In this document: positions 46,501 through 58,240 of the stretch, piece after piece | Layout: each line of letters starts with the position of its first letter | Position numbering within the stretch: position 1 is the stretch's first letter | Origin: Camelus ferus | Taxonomy: Eukaryota | Assembly: GCF_009834535.1 (NCBI RefSeq) | Contig: NC_045697.1 | Location: 2,668,001-2,732,000 of the forward strand | Direction: 5' to 3' | Length of the DNA: 64,000 nucleotides | The notes under the pieces: model-generated | What the model was told of the DNA's origin: nothing | Seen by the model: the letters and a program-made list of their open reading frames with translations, nothing else | Database searches by the model: none | Made by a program: the position numbers and the translations under genes

Positions 46501-48087
46501 TCTTGGGGACACAACACCATTTTGCAATACATTTAAGTGCACATGAAACGTATCTTTAAAATTAAAAAAAAAAAAGACCACAAGTCCGAGGTGAAAGACA
46601 GCACAATGAGTGAGCCACATCAGCTGACAGAGAGAATGTTCTAGAATGCTTGGCTTGGATACAACGAACAGCACCCCTCGGGAGGGGCCTGAGCACGTCT
46701 TCCAGAAGACTCCGCTGGGGCTTCAGAGAAGGCGGCACAGGGGGAGGAACAGCCACCACCTCTAGGAAGTGTCGTCTCTTTCCCACCACGGCGTTGCCCA
46801 CAGGTCAGGATACACACATGTCCTCAAATGGACTGACGGCTTTATGTGTGGATTTTAACGCAGCAAAGCTGCACCCGGGGTAACATGGGGTGCAGCCCAG
46901 CTAGCGGGCAGGCTCCTGCCACCCCGGAGAAGTTCCCAGGGAGGGAGAGGGTTCCTCCTGCGTGTTCACGGCCTGGCTCTGGAGTTACAGACAAGCACTG
47001 GGGGCACCCGGGGGGCCTGGGGGCTCTAGGCCTGTGAGCCTCTCACCTGCCGCCCACCATCCAGGGCTGGAAGGATGGCTTTCACTGAACTCTCTGGGTG
47101 GTTTATGTTTTTAACTGCTTCCTGATCACCGATCTATAGTTATTATTTGCCCAAATAATTTGTTTTATTTGACTCGCACCTTGTAATTTATAAGCACTTA
47201 AATATGCACTGCTGAGGGAGGCGCTGGAGAACCAGCAAAAGCAGCCAGCGACACCCAGTTAGTTGGAAAAGAATTTGTAAGGCCGGCTCTACCAGGCTGT
47301 AAGCTGTTACTAACACCTCGAGAGGACAGAAGAGCTGACTGCCACATGTGTCTGGAGGGAAGGAACTCAGGACCAGTCTCTCCCCGGACCTGGGTGGAGG
47401 CCAATGCTACGGCTTTGCAGGATCCCTGCGGTGAGGCCTTATCTTACGACGTGGCCCCCCAGTCACGCCACTCACCCCTCATTCTGCAGGGTGTGGCCTG
47501 GGGCCAGGAGGAAGGGGAGAGTGATGAACAGGGTTGATGAGGGAGTAATGTCTGCTTATTCATTCACTCCCCCACTCACACCTCTCTGCGGAGGGCCGAC
47601 TGCTATGCTGGGCGCCATTCTTTCTTTGAGCTGTGAAACGCGACAGGTGTGCATGCAAGCCACGGTCCATTTGGGAACAATGACAGCAGGTGGCCCCCTT
47701 GGCCACTAGACTGAAGACAGTGCCACCACTCAAGGGGTGCCACACCCTCCCCGGGCTCCAGGGCAGGGCAGAGTGGCTGCAGCTGGGGAGGGAGGCCCAT
47801 GCCCCCCGGCTGCTGCACCCCTGGACACCTGGGCTCTACCTGCTGCTCTTCCTTTCTTGACTGTCTCATGATGGGCATCAAGAGGCCCGATGGTGGCTGT
47901 GGGAGATGGGAACAGGCTCCACGTGCTCTGACATCGTCATCACAAAAGGCTGTGACACAGGAATTCTGTACGTCCTTCCACAGTCGAGATTCTGACCCTT
48001 CCTAGTACATGGACCGAATAAAGGCAGACAGGATGCAGGTGCGACCAGTGAGCCCAGACCCTGAGCATCAAGATGAACAAAAGTGGT

Positions 48088-48247
48088 GGGGGGAGGGTAT
48101 AGTTCAGTGGTAGAGGGCATGCTTAGCATCACGAGGTCCTAGGTTCAATCCCCAGCACCTCCATAAAAAAAAAACCTAATTACCTCCCCCTTCTAAAAAA
48201 TAAATTATAAAAGAAACATTAAAAAAATTAAACATCTTTATTTTTTT
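48088..48247 (+). mobile_element. tRNA-Ala-derived SINE (Vic-1-like)
   Basis: Same tRNA-like head, AACCTAATTACCTCCCC body and A/T-rich tail; AAAGTGG on both flanks is the likely TSD. Confidence 0.82.
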
Positions 48248-50023
48248 AAAGTGGAGCAGAGGGAGCTGACTGCAAGGTTTCTCAGAGATGGGACCCTCTG
48301 CCCGCCTGCACTGGGGTGTCTCACTCTGAGCACAGATTGTCAGCTGTGAAGGTCTGGGAAACATAAACCAGACTCTCCACAGAATTTAGCTTTCAACCTG
48401 GATGATTCTGACAATATTAATAATAAGTCTGGAACAACATGTGTTAACCTGTCCCCAAGCATGCATGGTCACCTTACCCATAATGACAGCTGTTACCCAC
48501 AGGAGACCCATTGGGCACCAGGCACTACACAGGGTGCCTGCCGACCCACCACCTTGAAGCATCACAAAAACTCCAGAATGGAGGAGGGGAAACTGAGGCT
48601 CAGAGAGAGCAAGCCACTGTCCCAGGGCCACCCTGCAGCCGTGAGGCTGAGCCTGGAGCAGAAACGATCTCCAACCCACGCCCCAAAAGTCCTGACGGCG
48701 ACAAAAGGCTCAGGCTCCACCAGCCTGCTGAGTAGGTGGGCAGGTGGTTCCACAGCAGTGACCAGCTCATGCACACACACCCGTGCTCCAGAGGTTTGGA
48801 AAGTTCTAGAACCACAGATGAGCACAAATGGCAGCCCCGACGCTTACTTGCCAAGTGGCTCTGGGCAGGCTCTCCGAGCCTCTGAGCCACAGGTCTCCAG
48901 TGAGGGGCCTTGAGAGACTGAGTCTGGGAGCAGTGCGGTGGGTTAGTGTCCGGAAAGCGTGGCCCAGCTCGTGCTGTGACTCAGGGGAAGACCCCTCCAC
49001 ATCCCTGAGCCGGGCAGGACTGGTGGCCAAACCACGTGATGCATCCTGCGCTCTGGTTCTCAGCGGGAGCCTGACAGGGAGGAGAGAGCCCCCTCCGCCC
49101 CTCCCCCGGCACGGGCGCTCAGGAGCCCCTCTCCCCTAGCCTTAGCCTGTGGGGGATGTATATCCTCTCCCTGCGACACCCTACAAGCCGAATGACCTGA
49201 GACAGACAACCTGAGCAGACAGGGTGACCTCACAGGGACATCCTAGGGCATCCTAGGACATCCTCGCACGAGCAGAGCCAGGAGGCTGGACCTGTGCCCC
49301 AGGCCTGCTCCCTCCCCTGGGGTGGTGGCCTGGGCCATAGGCGACCCAGCCCCGTGACGTTGAGGACCATCAGCACCTCCTAGGGGGCAGTAAGGATCAT
49401 CCAGGGAGCCTGACCACTGCAGGGGCCTGGCCACAGAATGAGAACCTCAAGAACCCTGTAGGCAGGAACACAGACACACACAGCCCTCATCACAGGACTG
49501 TGACAGTGGTGCCGGCAGGCCCTTTACACAGGCTTCTCCCCAGTCTCCTGCAAGCTCCAGGCCAGGGTCTCCAGGGAAACGGACAGTGGGAGGAGCAACT
49601 GTGACAGTCCTGAGGCCCCAGCCTGGCCTTCCACCCAGGATCCCCTCCACCCATGCCCAGGGGACGCTGAGTCTCAGGCCTGGATTGCTCCCAGTTTGCC
49701 CAACTGATTTTGAAATCTTTGCGGGATGAGAAGGAGCCAGCTGTTTGCTCAGACAGAGCCTTGCCCCTGCCTGTGCCTGGGTCGGTCTCCATGGACGGGG
49801 CAGTCTCTTCATTTAAAGCGCAGGAAGAGGAGCTGGTGACATCTCAGCTCCAGGACCTTTGACCACAGTGAGCCTTCTGGTGGCTCAGGTGTGGTGGAGG
49901 GGGCCTGTGGATGTCAGCTTCCCTTCAGGTCCAGGGCTGGAAGATCTCAGTGGTCTGCACTGAGCCGGAGTCCACTCCCCAGCAGCTCCCAGGAGAGGGG
50001 CCTAAGAGTCAGGACCCACCCAC

Positions 50024-50125
50024 CTAGTCACAACATTCGGGGCAAAGTGGGTGATGAAGGACCCACTGAAGAGGCTGATCTTTCCGAAGCACAGCTTCTG
50101 CTCACTGAGGCAGCCCTGCTGGACG
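50024..50125 (-). pseudogene. GPR78: GPR78 pseudogene, exon 2 remnant (ICL3-TM6)
   Basis: VQQGCLSEQKLCFGKISLFSGSFITHFAPNVVTR aligns with human VRQRCLIQQKRRRHRATRKIGIAIATFLICFAPYVMTR with an in-frame deletion of about 12 nt. CAG acceptor and AG|GTGGGT donor are intact. Confidence 0.85.
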
Positions 50126-50919
50126 CTGCAGGGAGAGGAGAGTTCAGCAGACAGGGCGCCTGGGAGGGCAGGGGACAGAGGCGAGCCCAGGCAGGTTCTT
50201 GAGGGATGGTCCTGCTGGATAATCCAAGGAATACAGAGGGACAGGACAAGAGAGAGAGCCACAGAAAGACGTGGGTTTCCTCTGTAAAAGTGAAAGAAGT
50301 GGAGGCACAGAGGGCAGGATGGAGGGGACAATCTTTCCCCCCTTTCCTTCTCTAAGTTCCCCGCTTCCGCTCTGTGGGTAGGGAACTAAGATCCCTGAGG
50401 GAGGAGCAGGATGGACCCTCAGTGAGAGAAGAGCCACCTGGACCTGCCTGGCATGGGAAGGAGCTTGGCCTGGAGCAAGAGAGCTGCAGGGGCTCGGTGC
50501 GCAGGTCAGAGGAGGCAAACCCAGCCATGACCCCAGCTGGAGACTCAATGGGCAAGTGCATGCCACGCAGTGAGCAGACAGAACCTGGGTCTCAGGTCAG
50601 ATAAAGCCACTGGGTCAGCAGGGCAGAGGTCAGGAAGACCAGGGCACGGCTGACCCCCACACACACTGCAGGGTGGGGGCAACCCTTCCCAGAAGCTCAG
50701 ACCTCCCAAGCTTGGCCCCAAAGCTCCTGTCCACTGCCGCACCTATCCCACAGGGCTAATGCCAACGCTGAGAAGCAGCAGAAGCACAGAGAAGTTACAA
50801 ACAAGCCAAAGTGGAAACTTGTGAGCTGCGTGCAGGGGAAGTTGTTGGTGCCAGCAAGCGCCTCTGAGCCAGCTGCCAGGGGAATACAGGAGCCCGGGTG
50901 CAGCCTTCGGGGCTGGGCG

Positions 50920-51569
50920 GGGGTGCACGAGCCAACTACCTGAATGGTGATGAAGTCGTTGTGTCAAGAGTGGTCACGCGCCACCCCCAGCACCTTGAGC
51001 TAGCGAGGCTGAGCACCGCCAGCCACAGGCGAAGCCGCCTGCGTGGAGCGCGGAAGCCAAGGTGGTGGAGCTCCGGCGCTTCTCTCAGACAGCAAGCACA
51101 GTGAGCCCGACGCAAAGGCCCCAAGGTAGCCGAGCCAGGATCAGGCGAGCGCCGCGAACCCGAAGGCCAACAACTGCCCTCTTGAGTAGGCCGGCAGCAG
51201 GTGGGCGTGGCGTGGTCGCAGGCGCCCTGCATAGCGCACCAGGAAACAGACCGCAGGCCGCTGGTCCGCGCTCATTGCCGCCACTTTCAGCGTGACGCCA
51301 CATTGGACTCCAAGAAAGTGTCCAGAAAGCCGATGTCCTGACACGCTCCAGGCCCCGATGGCGACCGCCCCGGCAGTGCGCCGAGCAACATGAAGGACAA
51401 GTCGCCGCCAGCAGCAAGTGGCCCAGGGACAGGTTCACCGGTGGAAGATGCCCGAAGCGCGCGCGCAGCTTGGCTGTGTAAGCGCAGGGCAGCACCAGCG
51501 CATTGGACAGCAGCGACGCGGCCAACACCAGAGCGAGCGGCCCCGCCGGCAGCGCTCTCCCCAGCCCTT
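50920..51569 (-). pseudogene. GPR78: GPR78 pseudogene, exon 1 remnant (TM1-TM5)
   Basis: GPR78-like peptides fall in different frames: LLSNALVL, VNLSLGHLLLAA, GACQDIGFLDTFL, VAAMSADQ, RYAGRLRPR, SWLGY..AFAS, ALHAGGF, LKVLGVAR. The start codon reads AAG (51567-51569), with frameshifts near 51554, 51403, 51293 and 51080 and an in-frame TGA at 51141-51143. Position and strand relative to CPZ match human synteny. Confidence 0.9.
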
Positions 51570-51940
51570 GGCGCTAGCGGTTCGCCCGGCGCCCTGAGGG
51601 ACAACAGTAGCGGGGGGCCGACTGGGCGCGGGCGGAAGAAAGCGCGGCGTGGAGCCGGTGCGCCCGCGGAATCCGCAGATCCCGAGCCTGCGGGCAGTTT
51701 CGGAGCGGCACTCAGGGCGGCGGCAAGCGCAGGGTTCCGGTGCACTGGCCAAGCGCGCTGCGCTGCGCAGCTGGGCGCGGCCGGGGCGGGCGGAAAGCGG
51801 ACGCAGCCTCACCGGCCACCGCCCGCGGCGCTGTCCAGGGTGCTGAATGCAATCGCCGCCCCGCGCCCAGCCCTGAGCTGCCCTCGGCACCGTCCCGTGG
51901 CTGAAGCTAGGCGGGAAGGGACGGGAGGCAGGGCGCACGG
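51000..51940. promoter_or_regulatory. CpG island over the former GPR78 promoter and exon 1
   Basis: Very high CpG density, GC box GGGGCGGGCGG at 51783-51793. Confidence 0.8.
51827..51847 (-). promoter_or_regulatory. REST/NRSF binding site (RE1/NRSE)
   Basis: Minus strand reads TTCAGCACCCTGGACAGCGCC, matching every defined position of the canonical TTCAGCACCnnGGACAGCGCC. Confidence 0.9.
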
Positions 51941-52979
51941 AGGTCTCTTTGCTGTTGTCTTGCCTTTCCTTCCCTTCTCGTAGACTGGAGGGAGGGGGCT
52001 TCAGGCCCCTCTGCTCGGGACCAGGTTGGTCCTGGCAGTGGTCAAGCCTCCACCGGAGGCTCTGGGGTGACTCATGCGCAGTTGAAATGCTAGCCAGCCT
52101 TCTCCAATGCCCCTCACCGCGCGCGCTGCCCTCCTCTGGGCTGGCACCAAACTGGAGTCCCCGTGGTTTGTGGGGGAATTGGAGACAGGAGACTGAGGGG
52201 GCAGAGGGAGCTGTGCAGGGTGGGCAGGGGGAGTTACAAGGAGGGATCTAGAGAGAGGAAGCATGCGTTGGCTGGGTCGAGCTCCCAGCTCCAACTCCCA
52301 GCTCAGGGCCAGGGCCAGGATCCATTCTTGTTGAACCAGGAAGAGTGGCAAGAAGTGGAAACAGGGTTGGAGGAGGGATGAGAGAAGGAAGGAGATGAGG
52401 AAGGAACAGTAAAGAAGAGACGAGAATGTCAGGGGATGGGTGTGGTGAATAGGTATAGAAAAGCAGACAGAAAGAGAAAGGAGGGTTGGCTTCCAGCGTC
52501 CTGCAATCTGGAAACACCTTTGGAGATAGGACTCTCTGCTCTCTGTGGCTCCTGGAGCCCCTGAGGGGGGCTGTCTCTCTCCCCACCTCCCCTGACCCCT
52601 CTCAGCTTCTGAACCTAGTCACCCTGTGGGAATCTTCCAATCCTTTCAATGGCCAGTTGGCAGGACAAGAATGAGGAGAAGGCACTTGGAGACTGCTTGT
52701 TCCGGGAACCTTCTTGGCATCTCTGCAGTGGCAACGCCAACATAGAAGGAACCAGAAGACAGACTTTCACCCCAACTTTCCCCACCCCTACCTACCCATC
52801 CCCACCTACCTACCCTCACCTGGAGGCTCTGCCAGCCTAGCCCTTTCTGAAGGACAAAGTGGCTAGTGGGAAGGGGGCTCACCCTCGTGGGAGTCTCCCT
52901 GGTGCCTGTGCTGTAAGGCCTGGAGAGAAGGCAGGTGACTGGAGGAAGCAACAGAGCAGACTGGCCCCATCGCCCTGAC

Positions 52980-53170
52980 ACGTGGCCTCAAGCAAGTCAC
53001 TTAGCCTCCCAGGCCTCCCTTTCTCATCTGTATAACAGGGACATTAATAGCTAGTAACTGCATCTGCCCTGTGTGGCTGCTGTTAGGATTAAACTAACAA
53101 ATATGCGCCCAGGGCTTAGAACGATGCCCAGATGCCACAGTGAGCACTCAGAGCAATGCCTGCCTCTATT
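52980..53170 (+). mobile_element. MIR SINE
   Basis: GCAAGTCACTTAGCCTC...CTCATCTGTATAACAGGG...GTTAGGATTAAA. Confidence 0.65.
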
Positions 53171-53359
53171 ATGATTCCCACCTGTTGTTTTTGTTTTTGC
53201 TTTTGTTTTTGATGATGAAGTAATACAAATGATTAGTTCTGTTAAAACTCAGTCCTTGAGTACATGAAATAAGAATTAGTCATAAAGTGCTTCTGCACAG
53301 AGGACAGTAGTTGTCTTGAGGAATAGCACCCACTTGAGTTGTGAGCTAAACTAGCTGCT

Positions 53360-53625
53360 TTTAAAAAATTTTTTTTATTAAATTGTAGTTGATGTACAAT
53401 GTTACTTTCAATTGTACAGCAAAGTGATTCAATTATACATATATACACACATATATTTTCAGATTCTTTTCCATTATAGCTTATTACAAGAAATTTAATA
53501 TAGTTCCCTGTGCTGTGTAGTAGGTCCTTGTTGTTTATCTATGTTATATATAGTAATATGTATCTGTTAATCTCAAACTCGCTATTTATCCTCCCCCACT
53601 TCCCCTTTGGTACCCATAGTTTGCT
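53360..53625 (-). mobile_element. L1 3'-UTR fragment
   Basis: Reverse complement resembles the L1 3' UTRs at 56.4-56.6 kb and 63.45-63.7 kb; T-rich tail. Confidence 0.8.
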
Positions 53626-55847
53626 GATTTCCTAGTCAGGGAAAGGAAGACTCAGGTGAGTTACATGTCTTTCCCAAGGCCACACAGTTATAAACCAGGG
53701 ATTCTGGGAATCAAACTCGCTCCAACCCCAATGCTCTTGTCATCCCTCCACACAGAGAGGCCATCAAACAGCTCCAAGCCCAGCTTCCATTCTTTAAATA
53801 CAGCCACTTCTTCTTGCCCTTTCCCTCCTGTCAACTGGCTTTTGAATCCAAGAGGAATTGTCACCAGATTAGACCCCACCTGAAACCAGAACAGCAATGT
53901 CAGAGCCTCGAGGATTTTCCCAGGAAGCTGCAGGCAGCTCTGCAGCCCCTGCGCCAGTTGTGGGCACAAGGGAACAGCTGGAACAGTGGAGGCAGCCAAG
54001 ATGGCACAAAGGTGGGGGCTCCCCTAGCCCCTTCAAGGCTCCTGAGTGACCACGAAGCCTCCGTGGATCAGTGGAGGTGTCAGGTGGCTTTACAGGGAAG
54101 CTTTGGTCCAGCCGCTTAGAGTAACTACCGTGCCCTCTAAGTGTCTCCAGGGAGAGACGGACTCCAGGGAGGTCCCTTGGGAAAGATGAAGCATGAGGAA
54201 GAAGGGCTCTGACCATCAGTATTATGTAAAAACAAGCCATCCGCTCCTCCACAAGGATTTATTGGCACCCAGCATGTGTAAGGGGCCTTGTGGACACTAC
54301 GTGGACTGAGGAAATTAAACAAGATTTGCTTCTCACACCTCGATGAGCAGAGAGATGATGTAGACAAAATAAGATCTGATAAACAAAACCACCCACGTCC
54401 TATGGGAAATAGTGATCTTGTTTTTTAAGGCAAGTGAGTTGTGTCAGTTGCGTCAAGTGGAAGTGTGTCATTTGTGAGCCGGCTCATTTCCAGGAACGTG
54501 CACTGAGAGCTTGTTTTGTGCAACTGGGAAGGAAAAGTAATGAGTAAAGAGGAGAAAGAACAAGCATTAACTGAGGCTTTGAGATTTTGCTCAATTTTAA
54601 GCATATTTTATTATTAAGCTCATTTAATTCTCACCTCAGCCCTAGGGGATGCGCATTCCTGCCCCAGTTTTTCAGATGAGAAAACAATTTGGAGCAGTTA
54701 GCCTTTGATTAAGTCACAGGAGCATCATCATTCCAGTCCAGGTCTTCTATTTGGGCTGAAAGAGAAGTGTCAGCAGGCACACAGAGGAGCTGGGGCTCTC
54801 CCAGCCAGCAGCTGGGGAGAGGCTTAGGAGGAGAATGCAGGGAGGGCTCTCCAGGGCAAGGCAATGCTGTCGATGAAGTCGGAGTGTGCACTGGAAGATG
54901 TGGCAAAACAGGTGTGTGTGTGTGAGAGGTCACGGCGGCAAAAGTAGCCAGCAGATCCTGGAGGGCTCCGAGGGGCACTAAGGAATGTCTCAGGCAATGT
55001 GGACCCATTAATTCTCGCTGAGCAGAGGAGGATTTCGGGAGGCTGTGCTGAGCTTTGTCATGGAGATGTGTATCCCAGCAAGAATGGGCAAGACTGCGTA
55101 GTGCGGGCAGGCTCCAACTTATTAGAGTGCCGATTTTAAGTTGGGGTGAAAATATTTAACATTGTAATAAAGTTTTTTCTGAGGTTGAAAGGTACATGGG
55201 TTAGACTCTGTATGTCACCCTGCAAGGGAGTTAAAGGTTTCATCAGGAACGAGATTGGAGGGTAAGAAGATTGAATGGTATTATTCTGAGAAATCCACAG
55301 GGTTTGAAACCGCCACCTACAGCCCAGAGTGGGAAGGGCAGCCTGGCTACTGTGATCTGAGACCAGGATCGCTGGGGGCTTCAGGGAGAGCGAAAGGCAC
55401 GTCTCCTGATCGAGCAACAAGCCCCAGCCTCGCACTCCAGTGAGCTTCCTTCCAGGCAAGCATCCCAAAAGAACAACCTGAAACTTGCAGAAGAGGGAAG
55501 GCAGGAGGGCTGAAAGAGAAGCGAACTGCATACCCAACAACAGGAAGGTGGCAAATACAGAATTGCATCCCCCATTGAAAGGCTGGTGTGCCAAGGACAA
55601 TGCTTATGGAGTATTATTTTGAAAAAAACACTGAAAATACACTGTGATCTCAACTCTGAGCAACATCTGGAAAGGACTGGGTGGAAATGTAGTAGTCACC
55701 TGTGGTTGGTAGAATTATGAGAAAGAACATGGGGCGGGGAGCGCCCATCCTTCCTTTCTCACATAGTCCTGCCTTCCGACCCTCATGCCCAGCGTAGCAG
55801 GGAGGAACTCTCAGAAGTTTTTAAAGGGATGAAAAATACTCAGAAAA

Positions 55848-56639
55848 CAAATCAAAACTATAATGAGATATCACCTCACACCAGTCAGAATGGCCATCAT
55901 TCAACAGTCCATGAACGATAAATGTTGGTGGGAATGTAGTTTGGTGCAGCCATTATGGAAAACAGTATGGAGATTCCTCAAAAACTAAAAATAAACCTAC
56001 CATATGACCCAGCAATTCCACTCCTGGGCACAAAAAAGGAGGGAACTCTAATTTGAAAAGATGCATGTACCCCAATGTTCACAGCAGTGCTATTTACAAT
56101 AGCATGGAAGCAACCAAACTGCTCATCAACAGAGGACTAGATAAAGAAGTTGTGGTATATTTAGACAATGGAATACTACTCAGCCATAAAAAGAATAAAA
56201 TAATGCCATTTGCAGCAACATGGATGGACCTAGAGATCGTCATTCTAAGTGAAGTAAGCCAGAAATAGAAAGAAAAATACCATATGATATCACTCATATG
56301 TGGAATCTAAAAAAAAAAAAAAAAGACACTATGAACTTATCTACAAAACAGAAACAGACTCACAGACATATATCAGTCTGTGAACAATCTTATGTTTACC
56401 AGGGAAAGGGGGTAGGAAGGAATAAATTTGGGAGTTTGAGATTTACAAATGTTAGCTGTTATATATAAAAATAGATTAAAAAATAAAGAAGTTTCTTCTG
56501 TATTGCACAGGGAACTATGTTTAATATCTTGTAATAACCTTTAATGAAAAAATATGGAAATGAATAGATGTATGTATACACATGACTGGGACATTGTGCT
56601 GCACACATTGTAACTGGCTGTTCTTCAATTAAAAAAAAT
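55848..56639 (+). mobile_element. 5'-truncated LINE-1 3' end
   Basis: L1 ORF2 end (IMPFAATWMDLEIVILSEVSQK*) and 3' UTR; TSD TACTCAGAAAA at 55837-55847 and 56640-56650. Confidence 0.92.
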
Positions 56640-57799
56640 TACTCAGAAAAAACTGTCAGTAAAGGAACCGGATTGAGAGAGCAAGAAAGAGAGATACAAA
56701 TACAGAAATGCTGGTAATAAAACTATACGAAATGTTCCAACTTCCTCATGATCAAAGTCACACTGAGAGAAAGGAAAGACAGGTTCCTCACTCTTAGTTG
56801 GGAAAATCACCTTCCAGGAGGGTGGGAACACAGACGAAGCATGTGCTGTCTGTTTGGCGAGACATTAAAAGAGGTTTCTTCCTCGGCAGAGAAATCCAGG
56901 CTTTTAACACCAGGAAACACTGCTGTGGCTGCAAAGGTGTGGACACACAGAGGCCCAGGGCCGTTCATCAGACAGACCTGCAGACAATTCCTTCCACACG
57001 AGGAGAGGCCAGGAGCCGGGGGGGAGTGTGGTTTACGTCTACGTTTATAGGCCTGGGGAATCCGTCCAGGATTATCACTGAGTTAACACAGAACACACGC
57101 AATCACGCATCATGTAGTAGGGTGTCACTGTGAACCTGTGCATGTGTGTGGAGGTGGGTGTGCAGGTGACTGCGCATGCATACATGTGTGTGTGCAGTGA
57201 GCATGCGTGCATGTGGGGGGCAGGTTTGTGTGCACCCAGAAAAACTGACATGAGGTTCATCAAAATGTTCAACATTGATTTCTCTGGAAACAGGACTTGA
57301 TCTGATTTTTTAAAATTCTTCCTCATCTCCTGTGTATTTCTTTTGATTTCTTAATGATACAGATAAAAAAGCAAAAATGCTCTTTTCAGAACAATTCTCT
57401 CACTAACCCCCCGCAGAGAAGCCATGGGGGAAACACACACGGGCTCTGTGATTTCCGCTCTTGGAGAACAGCTTGAGATCGCTTCTTCTGTGGCCTGCGT
57501 GGCGGAACCAGAGCACCCGTGGCAGGCTGGCGCCCCTCCCCTGCCAAGGGACACCGCTCCCAGCAGCTCCCCTGGGGGCAGGCCGGCCCTTGGAGGACTC
57601 CAGGAACTGGGGCACTTCTGAGGAGCTATTGAAAATTCTTTAATTCAACCCACACTGTGGGATACCCTCAAGGCAGAGCCTGGGATGGGCCCTTGGGTGG
57701 CTCCTGGGATGACGGCTGAGTGGGACTTCACAGGGTGAAACGAGGGGCTTTGGGGCCCGGTGAGGGCCAGCTTTTGATGTCGTCTGAGTTTAGTTGCAC

Positions 57800-58240
57800 G
57801 TCCATTGTCTATGCTGCCTAACAAATTATCCACTTAAGCCAACCATCATCCATCCAGCATCCACCACTTCAGCAGGCGAGAAGTCCATGCAGGGCTCAGC
57901 TGGGCCTGGTCTCGGTTTCAGGCAGGCAGACTGTGGTCCCTCTGTAGCACCGGGTCCTCTTCCAAGCTCACAGGGTGTGGGCTAAGGTTTGCTCTCAGGC
58001 CCTGGCTGTGCAGCTTCTCACCTCCAGAGCTCGCAACAAAGAACACCCCTCACATAAAGCCCTCTTTCCGTGACGAGTCCTGATTAGGTCTGGCCCACCA
58101 GGATACTCCCGCTTTCTTAAAGTCAGGAGTGAAATCCCATCAGAGCAGCGGGTCCACCCCCTCTTCCAGGGGAGCCAATGATGCAGTTGTGCATACCAGG
58201 GGGCGGGGTCTTGGGGCCATCTAAGAATTCTGCCCTCCAT
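57800..58240 (-). mobile_element. Older MaLR/MLT-type LTR remnant
   Basis: TATGCTGCCTAACAAATTATCCAC...GGAGTGAAATCCCATC...TCTTGGGGCCATCTAAGAATTCTGCC. Confidence 0.55.

Noticed and set aside
49266..49281. Short resemblance to the start of GPR78 exon 3 (GCACGAGC...GCCAG)
   Set aside because: No acceptor AG in the expected place and the similarity does not extend.
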